From: Orbicella franksi
Lineage: Eukaryota
Reading direction: 5' to 3'
Length of the DNA stretch: 64,000 bases
Assembly (NCBI GenBank): GCA_964199315.1
Contig: OZ116707.1
Span: 16,616,001-16,680,000 of the forward strand
Numbering within the stretch: position 1 is the first letter of the stretch; each line of letters starts with the position of its first letter. This document shows, piece by piece, positions 43,535-56,284 of this stretch. Under the pieces are notes generated by a model. That model was not told where the DNA came from, searched no databases, and saw only the letters and a program-made list of their open reading frames with translations. Position numbers and translations under genes: made by a program.

Positions 43535-43636
43535 TGGTGGCTGTGCAACATTCATTCCTAAAGAGAATTTGGTCGGGTTTATAAAACTCATCCACACAGC
43601 CATCAGACCGCAATCACGCGTCAATCCATAACAAAC

Positions 43637-46441
<2,805 letters not shown>

Positions 46442-46836
46442 ACTCAATTCCTCAAGAAAATCAATAAAATTTTAAAGAACCAGTTTTGAGTTTGTTTTGT
46501 TTTGCATCTCTTCACAACAAGAAATAAGGGACCATTCCTTCCCTTTTGGCTGGAGTGCTGACCCTTTCCATCATACACAGGGTAGCCATCCACTGGAAGC
46601 AAAACAAATCCCTAACTTTTCACTGACTGTAAAACAATTTTCACTGACCATGCAGGATGATAATTCTGGCCATAAAATGGCTCAGATAATGTTTAAAACA
46701 AAATTGCCTTGTCTATGCGAAAACATCTAATAAAATAATTTGCGACAACCTCAAGATAAAATTCCGTGACTTTCTCAACCTCAAAGTAATTATGTTCAAG
46801 TCCCTGAAGCCTTGGGGCCATATAGTATTTTAATGC

Positions 46837-47086
46837 AAGTGAAGAATGATCATTGCAGTAAATTTTCCAATTTAAGCAATCGGAAAGAAGCCTGAAAAAA
46901 TCAGGGCTTCAGCGGGATTTGAACCCGTGATTTCCCCGAATACCAGTGCGATGGTCTACCAACTGAGCTATGAAGCCACTCATTGTCTCCCTCTTCACTT
47001 TCATCAACAACTGCAGTTCAAATGTGAATTATTTCATATATACTCAACATCATTTCACTCCTCATGGGAAGATATGAACTCAATTA
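46837..47086. mobile_element. Diverged copy of the same tRNA-derived repeat as 4354-5181
   Basis: Minus-strand tRNA-like head (about 46905-46977) followed by an inverted fragment (CACTTTCATC...GGGAAGATATGAACTCAATTA). Confidence 0.85.
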
Positions 47087-47187
47087 TTTCATATTTACTC
47101 CACATCAGTATTTTAATGCTTTGCAATCTCGGTTTCTAATTGCTATACACCAGAAGGGCTGATTCAAATCATCCAATAAACTGGTCA

Positions 47188-47364
47188 TCAGCCATTCCCA
47201 CATCCCCCACAGTACACCTTGTTTGCCCCCCAAAATTCTGCATAACCTTTGTTTCCCATTTCTCCTGGGTATTACAGTCATCCCAAGAGAAACTAAAGAA
47301 ATTGCTTGTGCAAAATTTTGGGGGCAAACAAGGTGTATTATGGGGGATGTGGAAATGGCAATTA
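47188..47364. mobile_element. MITE with about 50-bp TIRs
   Basis: GCCATTCCCACATCCCCCACAGTACACCTTGTTTGCCCCCCAAAATT / AATTTTGGGGGCAAACAAGGTGTATTATGGGGGATGTGGAAATGGC. Confidence 0.85.
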
Positions 47365-47390
47365 GCAATTTTTCTTGGACAATTCTGTCC

Positions 47391-47711
47391 AAGGGGGAAA
47401 GGTACAATGAGGTTAACCCTATGTAAGAGCACCAACCAGTGAGACAAGGCCAGACCACAACACTAGGAACTACGTGCCCTACTCTTTTCGATGTGTGTGG
47501 GTTCTTTAACGCCCCCTGCTAACCCTGTAACACTGAAGATGCGGGAGACGGGGCCTGCAATTTATAGTCCTAATTGAAGAAGACTTCAATGTCTCACTAT
47601 TTGCAGATATAATTACAAAGGCAGCACATTCTCCTCAGTGTTGGTCTGGTCTGGGGCTCAAACCCTCACCTCACAGCAGTCTGGCACTCTACCGAGCTAA
47701 CCAGGCCACGG
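47391..47711 (-). mobile_element. tRNA-headed SINE with a Deu/Nin-type central domain
   Basis: Degenerate tRNA head (CCTGGTTAGCTC..GGTAGAGTGCC...GGTTTGAGCCCC) followed by ...GGGGCGTTAAAGAACCCACACAC-ATCGAAAAGAGTAGGGCACGTAGTTCC. From memory this resembles the Deu/Nin SINE core; not checked against a database. Confidence 0.65.
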
Positions 47712-48137
47712 CAGCATATTTTTTTCCACTGGATATACCTTGCGTGTCCCTGAAAGGTAGGGCAAGAGAGTTGTGTGTATATACTGTGTGTTACACAGTT
47801 GGGTCACCCTAACTTCAAGGCAAGTGATTTTACACCCCATAACAACAATGCAATATTTCTTACATTGTACTGCTGTTTGTAAAGAAACATGGAAATGCTT
47901 TCTTGCTTCAGGAGGCTTAAGGTGGCCCTTTGTAGCACTGGGTGTTTATTGACTACAGTATAAGGTTGGCTCTTTGCAGCCATTACAGGCCATGTGGGCA
48001 AACCCTGAACAATGACTCCCACATCATGACCGTGACTAACCTTGTCTCTGGATATGTTATTCGCACAAGTGCTAATTAACAGGAAGTAAACTTACAAACA
48101 CATAAGGGTAAAACAGAACATTGTTGAAACATGCCAT

Positions 48138-48160
48138 TTTATTTCAAACAATATTTTAAT
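48138..48160 (-). terminator. Poly(A) signals of the SNF gene (ATTAAA 48160-48155, AATAAA 48143-48138)
   Basis: Both hexamers are on the minus strand, followed by a GT-rich tract (GTGTTTGTAAGTTT, about 48100-48087). Confidence 0.65.
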
Positions 48161-48240
48161 ATGGTTTGTTATTGAACATCGCTTCTACCAGGCCTATGGA
48201 TAGATGGTAAATTTTGTGAGTGTAGTATCATTGATAAGCC

Positions 48241-48583
48241 CCAGCCATGTGCAATGCCGGAACAAAAGATCATGTTTTGTCACTTCAGCTCATGTGCAAT
48301 GCTAACAGTGTATCAGCTCAATAAACTACAAGTAATTTAAGTTCCAAACATTCATCAAAAAAATAACACAGCTTTGTGCAATGCTGCAATCAAAGAGAAG
48401 TTTAACTTGCAGCTAGATGATGCTACAGTGGAGAAAATGAAACCGTTCATGTTACAATATGGCAGCCTTAATGTGCAATGCTGCGGTCAGATCAAACTAA
48501 TGCTTAAAATGCAGCCAAGTGCAATGCTGCAATCAGTATGTGTTATCTAAATAATTATATCGACAGCTCTGTGCAATGCCACC
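48241..48583 (-). promoter_or_regulatory. Array of six U1 snRNA stem-loop-II-mimic hairpins (AUUGCAC loops) in the SNF/U1A 3' UTR
   Basis: GCATTGCAC occurs six times on the minus strand (+ strand GTGCAAT starts at 48249, 48294, 48376, 48473, 48519, 48571). Each sits in a 5-6-bp stem closed by C-G, with a loop of 10, 11, 10, 13, 10 and 10 nt respectively. Confidence 0.85.
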
Positions 48584-49017
48584 AATGATAAAACGAAAAT
48601 TCTTGTCCATAAAAATCAAGGATCTTCACCATTTTGAAATAAGACTGGCCCTGCTTTTATACCTCACCATCAAAATTAAAATTCTTTCTTCAGTTTTTTT
48701 GTGGTTATAAAATTTCTTTCAAATTAATCAGAATAAACAATTCAAAAACACACATCCTGTTATTGTGTGTGACATGATATACTCCTGTTACTATACTTAT
48801 TTTGGATTGAAAAAGAAACTGGTATCAAATTGATAAAGAATGACACTAAAGTTAATTTTAAAATGTTGCCTGTGGAACTAGTCTGTCACCAAAAAGCAAA
48901 CAGATCAAATGACTAACAATGGTGGGCTCCTGTTGATGGTGCAAGCATGTTGATGGTAACATCCTCTAATTGACTTGCATGGAAATAACTATTGATAACA
49001 GTGGTGCCCAGAGCAGA

Positions 49018-52000
49018 TCACTTCTTAGCGTAGGAGATTTTCATGGCCCGTGATGGAGTAATACGGAATCCCTGCAGAGCTTCTTTGGCTGTTCCTGACT
49101 GTACTTCATTTTCAAACTCCACAAAAGCAATGTCTGATCGGCCTGGAACCAAACGAACCTCTTTGAATCCAGGAAATCTGTAGCAAGAAATTGCAAAGTA
49201 CAAAGAAAGAAACAAAACAGCAAAACAATGTCACTTAAATCACAAAGTTGTCAACTGAATTTTAAACAAAAAACAAAGAGTATGAGATGACAACAAAGAG
49301 GATTCTTTGCAAAGACATTTCAACTAAAAGGGGCAAGTGCCATGATATGTTAACTCTCAAAACTGTTCTGCATGGTTTTTGATGGGTAACCAAAATTGGA
49401 AACTAATGCAACATTGTCTAGAAGAAACTTGTACATCTACAACATGATAAAGCTTTCTTTCCTCCCAATTAAACTGCCCTAGAGATACATGGAAACGCAG
49501 CAAATATATGAACACTGTTAAGCATTAAGATTGGCTTGGCGAGAAAATTCAATATGAAACAAAATAAAAAATGGACGGGAAAATTTTGCACGCATTTATT
49601 AAGCAGAAAATCCTTAATCCAGGAATGGTACTGGTTGAATAACATAGACAACATCAACTCAGTTGTCTCCTCTGGTAGGTTAGTCAAGAACAAGATATTG
49701 TTGGGCTGCTCAGGTAACACCACGGCTGGCTGTACTGGAGTTGGGATGACTGTGGAACCAGAAAATGACAGACACATTAATTAGGCTAAATGTCATTTTA
49801 TCATTCAAAATAGGAAATATAAAAAGTAGCAAAAAGTTCCACTTCAAAAATAAAAATAACACCTCTTCACCAAAAACAATTATTGATTTAGCATGAAGGA
49901 CAGGTTAAAGTTGAAAACATGAATATTCCATTACCATTTGGTGCAATTGGTGCAGCAACAGGCTGAGCAACTGCAGCAGGAACAGGCTGGGCAGCTGCTT
50001 GTCGTTTGGCTGGTTTAACTGCATGGGCCAAACAAAATAGGTTAGCACAGGAATGAGTACTACAATGTAAATCAAGCTCCACAACATTTTTTTTTTACAT
50101 GTTACAATAACAATACTAAAATGAAAGTTCCTCCATCACACTCGTGTGTACCAAAAGGCAAACTCCATTTGATTTTAAGCTGTCCCTCTTTGAATTAGAA
50201 TAATGCTTTCAATCTGTCTATAATATATTTGCAGTTTTTATTTGTATTTAGCATTGTGCACATTAATCTCATTGCATGATATAAAAGCCTACAAATTTCG
50301 GAAAAAGAATGACATGGAATCCCAATAATATTCATTCACCACATTGTCCCTCCATTCCTGGTGTACAGAGCATGAATGGATAATGATAGTGACACTGTAC
50401 ATGTAAAAACAGAAAAAAAACATTGAACAGAATTTACCACACAACTATAGAAACCAATACACTTGTGTGAAAATTTTTCCATTAAAAATAAATTCTGAAA
50501 TCTTATACAGAAGCAAAACTATGTTATTGCGAGGTCAAAGACATCAAGGAACAAAAGTGATGATCAGTGTTCATTGCAGCATTACCTTGTTCTGGAGCTT
50601 TTCTCTTCTCTTTGGGTTTCTTCTCTCTCTGAACATATGTTCCTTCCTTTTTCGCTACAGCATCAGACTTGCTCTTAGCATATTGTATTCTCTAACACAT
50701 GCAGTGAGAGGAAAAGTGATGTAAAAACTTCACAGCATCAGAACAACAAGCTTAACGTCTAGTGAGGGCACTTTTGACAAAACTGTTGTCCGTGATAGAC
50801 ATTTCAGTGAACTGAGGGGAAGTAATCTTCAGGGTCAAGTCATTTTCAAAGTCACTTGACTCTGAAGATGACTCCCGCTCAGGTTGCCAAAATGTCATTC
50901 ACCAACAAGAGTTCTTTTGAGAACTACTGTACCCTAACCTGCATAATCACGCTAGCTGAACAACTGGATACTCCTGGGTTCAAACCATTTACAGCATCAC
51001 TACATGGCAATAATATGGTCTCAGAATGCCTTCATGTTTCTTTACATGACAGAATTATGTAGAAAACCAGGACCTTGAAACAAGTGCAATTTAATGCACT
51101 GATTTTAAAATCTTTCCAGCACTACTCCAGGACAAACCTCAATAGCTTTCTAACTTGTTACAGGACGAAACCCTTACAAATTCAATTTACTTCCTTCAAA
51201 CTTAGCAAAAAATGTCCTCTATGCAAATTGACACCTTGTAGCTAAAAATAGTGCTGTACAAGAAGGACTTGTTCTCTTAATACTACCAAACAAGCATGTT
51301 TTCAAATACTCACAAACAACCTCTGATACATCCTCACTCAAGCCAAATTATACTTTGGAAAATAATATCTTAGTAACTAGGATCCATGAAGATCATTCAA
51401 CATAACAAAAAAATAATTTTTCTCTGTTTTCAAACAAAAGAGGATTCATTAGCATACTAACAACATCGCTGACCATAGGTTAAATATTCATTGCCCCTGA
51501 TTGCTGAATAACAGATGTCATCAGAATAAACTTAACAACACAGTAAAGACTCTCAATAATTTGACAGCCAGAATATTTAATCAAACTGCTAAAAAAAACT
51601 TTGGCAAAGCTCTCAAATTAAAAAAGTTTTCCTACAGATGTAAATTAATGCACTCAAGTTTTTAACAGGAAGTTTATCCAGCTGTTTTTCATGATCTTCA
51701 TTTCAAGTTATCAGACTTCAAACAGTAGATCTGCTGCAATATTGACAAGTATTTTTTAATCAAACCATGCCAACAATATTGACTGCTTGTAGTGAAATGA
51801 AATATTCGGCCCTTAATAAACCATCTAGAAGAAAAATAATTATATTTATTTATCTTTAGGATCTGCCAAAATAATATTCTTGTAGAAACTTTTCCTGAAC
51901 TTAATTATCCATGCATAACATGCACACTAAAAACTATGGTCATTAAAAAAAGATTATACAGGGATACAAAGACTTTTCAAACCATTGATGTTTGCAGAGA

Positions 52001-53586
52001 GCATCAACTCGAAATTAATCATTTTCTACCAGTCAGCATTCTCAGCAAGCATAATCATACCTCCAAAAACAATTTTTTGGTCACAAACCACTGTATGATA
52101 CATACCACTCAAGCTGTAGGGTCGGTTCATTCTACACTGTATAAGCAAAGAACTTACCATTGGCTTGTCATAAAACGGGAATCCTTGCATTGAGCGCAGT
52201 GCATTTGTGGCGCTCGTTAAGTCTCTAAACACTACAAACGCCTGACCTCTCATTTTGAGGGTCTTAAGTGCAACAATGTCTAAAATGGGTCCAAACTGTG
52301 AAAATATGGCATACAGTGACTTCTTCAATTCTGCAAACATCAAAAGAAAATGTGTTATACATGTACACTGTAAATTAGTAGGTAACATAATGTTTAGAAA
52401 CCCTTCACTTATATTCGTGTGTAAGCATGTAAGCACGAACACCTCATGAACACAAAAAAACTGATCTGACGTTTGGCAGAACAATTCCTAAAGGTTTCAA
52501 TTTCAAAGTACAACATAGTTGGTATCATTTCATAATTTGAGTTGTGAAAGTGTTTTCAGTAAGTATGGATTCAACTTCAAATCAGGGGTTCTCTCAACAA
52601 AGGAAGCTTCTTTTAAGCTTCCTCTGTGCTTGTATATGAAAACATTATTTTCACTGACAACTTCATGAAACGATACCAAGTGCATTGTACATGTACTTTG
52701 GGCAAGAAAGTTAGCATTACAGCCTGCCAAACTTCAGATAACTGATGATGAGTCACCCAACGAAATCATAGTTTTAATGCGAGGTGTTCACACTGTGAAG
52801 CAAATAACATTGTTGAAGCAGTTCAAGGTCTGAAATTACCAGCAGATGATCATCAACAGGCATGGATCCAAACCGGTTTCCACCGTTTTACGGAAATTGG
52901 TCAGAAACCCCCTAAAAAATCCAGAGCATTTCCTAAGCGAGCATGGCCCTGGATCCCTCTAAAAGGCACTCGTTGTTTCGGAAATCAGTCACCATTTATC
53001 CTAGACCCGCACCTAATCAATGTGGCTACACTTCAGTGTGTGTTTTCCTGTTTCAGTGTCAACTGACAACTGAAGAATTCAGTTGCCACTGTACTTGAAG
53101 GCTGCCTCTGCATAACATAGCTAATTTGGCCCGCGTTATAGTATGCTACAGCCTGCAGTAATACACGTAAAAATGTTATAAGGCATTTTGAAGTAAGCTT
53201 ACATATAGGATGGGTGAATTTCCTACGAAACTCTGTATTTCACAGCAGTGAGAGCTCATTTAAACATGGTAAAGGATTCAAGACGAGCTCCGAGTTTGTA
53301 CCTATCAGTAAAAGACTCGTAGCTCCACCTTTAACTAACGCGAGGCTGCGATCTACAGCTCTATATCAAAACAGCAATGCAACGCTTGACGCGCACGTGT
53401 ATTTCCATTCCACAACACTTAACCACAAAACGTTTCAAACCGCATTCGTTGCGTTGTGAACGGAAGACATCTCGCTGTTTATCGCTTGACTAGTATCAAT
53501 TGCGACTCTTAATAACACTCACCATCCTTCTTGACTTTCTCGTTGAGGTTGTTGATGTAGATGGTTTGGTTCGGTGGATTTTCCAT
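49018..53586 (-). CDS. SNF: U1A/U2B''/SNF-family snRNP protein (two RRMs), 6 exons, 234 aa
   Basis: Exons: 53586-53523, 52330-52158, 50691-50586, 50018-49935, 49749-49632, 49177-49018; total 705 nt. RRM1 [52 protein letters not shown]...FYDKPMRIQYAK; RRM2 [46 protein letters not shown]...KISYAKK. Confidence 0.97.
50761..50992. mobile_element. Penelope-like element remnant: inverted pair of decayed hammerhead-containing repeats in SNF intron 2
   Basis: Arms at about 50761-50840 and 50854-50935 are reverse complements. Each has a CTGAAGA box; the right arm lost GAAA and the left arm lost stem II. Confidence 0.65.
52857..53015. mobile_element. Degenerate hAT-like MITE in SNF intron 1
   Basis: CAGGCATGGATCC at the left end and ATCCTAGACCCGCACCT at the right end, with an internal GAGCATGGCCCTGGATCCC motif. 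Confidence 0.45.
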
Positions 53587-56179
53587 CCTTATTGCTTCTC
53601 TGTTCAAAAACCGTCGACTGCCCGCAATTCCCGCGCACCTTCACCAATCAAATGAATCGACAGAAAGATCTCGAGGAGGTTGTTTTCGCGAGTGGAAATA
53701 AAAACTAGCGTTTTAAAACAAAAATATGGCTCCAAGAGCAGAAAATGAAGGTAGTTTACAAACCAGATGGTCTAACTCAATAGAAACTCATGCAGATTCA
53801 ACTTTGACAAACGGCCGAGAGACGCCAAGGGGCATGTCCAAAAGATAACTCATGTAAGGCCAACAGATTTTCCTCTCCATGAACCCGCGAAGATACTTCA
53901 TGTAAGGCCAACAGATCTTCCTCTCAATGTACCAATCGCTAGTGATGGCTTTTTCCCTATTATATTTTCTCTTTTTGCTTTGTGATGAAAGAATTTTGAG
54001 AATCGCCTTTATGTGTCTGTCCAGGCCTTACAAACCTGGAAATATGACGTTATTTTGATAGGTTTCGACTGCATTAACCACTGACGTAGACCCTCTCGAG
54101 TTAGGATCGTCGATATCGCAAGCAAAATTATTAACCGCAGAGGATTTGAAAAAACCCGAACGCAGCGGAGTGGCCCTGAGGAAAGGCAACTCGCGCCCCG
54201 TCCCGCGTCCCGCGCTCGCTCAGTGATGCGCTCGCATCGCTCGTGCTCTCGAACAAAGATAACTCGCAGTAAAAAATAAGCGTCTGTGGAGACTCAAGTA
54301 TTGTCAGACAGCAATCGTCCAAAACACCCAGTTCGCTTAAAATACAAAAAAAGAAGAAAAAAATGACGCCTGCTCTGCGGGTTAGTGATATGTATTGCTG
54401 AACAACAAAATTAGCTGTTCTGCCAACTTGGGTCTCACTTTATTTTATTTTCAATTATTTATTTTTTTGTCTTTGTATGTGATTTTTCAAGCGTTTCAGG
54501 GAAACCAAACGTACAAGTTTTTCTATGCATAGCCAGGCCTCTACTAGAGACAGTAGAGTAGATAGTAACCTGGTCGCTAAGTGTTTTCCTCGTCCTATAA
54601 GCTCCGTTCTTACTGCACCCCCGCTGATGTTATTTCCGAGAAGAAAACGATCACGCGGGTATTTCCGTCATTCATAAAAACTCTGTGATAAGTTTCTGAA
54701 TAAAAATTATACCTATTTACGTGGCAGAAGTGCAGCAGCTCTCATAAGCTTGTAATTCTCTTCATTGTTAGCAGCTGTTATTGTTTTAGGACTAGGGGCA
54801 TTGTTTCTGTTGTTTGTTCTATTGAACCGTTGTATTAAGCTCTTGGGTCCCATTACATAAGAACGGGAACAAAGAAAACTGGCAAGACATACATTATAGT
54901 CTCACTGCATATCATACTTTACTTCATTAAGGCCATAGAGGCATTATCCACCGTATTTCGGATCAAAACAACTCAAAAACTCCGTGTTGAGATGCAAATA
55001 CAGCTCATAGAAATCCCGGATTCGAAAAGAAAGCAGTATAGTGATGGAAGATAGGGGTGTTTTCAATGTTTGCCGGATGCACATAAATTGAGCAACCCTG
55101 GGTTCAACAATACAACGTAAAACCAACTCACATTTTATTTGGGTTACCCTACAGTATTAACCTAATCGTGCCTAAGAAACACTTGAATATACAAAATTCT
55201 TCCCTCATGATTTACTGGGTAATATCATGTAATGAATTTAATTGGTGTTTTTCTTTAAGCTTACAGCAGTAGGCTATTGCAGCATATGTGTTAGATCAGA
55301 CATATGGGACGGAAGAAAACGGGGACGAGTCAACAGAGTGGCTTTCGTTCCCTTCTTTGACTCTCTGCGACAAAAAATTTTGTTTCGCAGGAAGTTGAAT
55401 ACTTTTAGCAACCATAACATATTGCTACTTTTAAGGCCCCCTTGCATGCAATGATGACTTAAACACACATGCCAACTGGAACCAAAGAGCTACTTCACTA
55501 GACCGGTAGTGAAGTGTCCACAAACTACATCCGTTACCCGCACGGGGCATCAGAAGCACTTTTTTACAGAACAAAGAATAATATTGTTATCATACTGTGG
55601 TAGTAATAATAAGGACGTATTTTCGACCTAACTATTGAGTCAAAGACGTTGTGAAACAACAGAATTATCTAATCCGCCACTCAGTGAAGAATGGCTTTTT
55701 AACCTAGAACGTTGTTCGGGACGTCTGGAAAAATTACCAACGCACGTTTCGCTACATCACATGTGCATGACAGCAGCCATTTGACCACGCGGTGAGTCAA
55801 AATAATAATGTACACTTAGTGTAATAACCAATGAAAATAATACCTTCGAGCACTGGTCTGGTTTGTAGCAGGTAATGCGCATGTACAACTATGATCACGA
55901 AGGTCTTTAACAATATGAAACGGCCGAACTTAAACCTACAACGACTTAGTTCGATAATACTGTATACCAAATGGTTTCTAAGGATATAAGAAAACTGTGT
56001 ACAGGGTGAATACATTTTCAGCCATACAAAATGATTGTTTAGATTTCCTTTGATCGGTTAATAATTTCGACCATTGCAATGCGCTGTACAGTAGCACTAC
56101 AGGCCTGGCTGGATCAAATAAGAACGAAAATCTGAACCAGAGTTGAGTGGAGTTCAAAATTTACTGCCCACCCTCACAC

Positions 56180-56284
56180 TAACCTGAGATCAGACGTTCT
56201 TTTTTTGGCGAACGGGAGAAGGGGATTTGTTCTTCTTACCCCTTCCTCCGTTCGCCGAAAAAAAGAACGCCTGATCGCAGGTAA
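56180..56284. mobile_element. Palindromic hairpin MITE (TA-flanked)
   Basis: TAACCTGAGATCAGACGTTCTTTTTTTGGCGAACGGGAGAAGGGG / CCCCTTCTCCGTTCGCCGAAAAAAAGAACGCCTGATCGCAGGTA. Confidence 0.85.

Noticed and set aside
53850-53925. 28-bp direct repeat at a 48-bp offset upstream of SNF as a regulatory module
   Set aside because: Only two copies, within repeat-like sequence, and with no recognisable motif.
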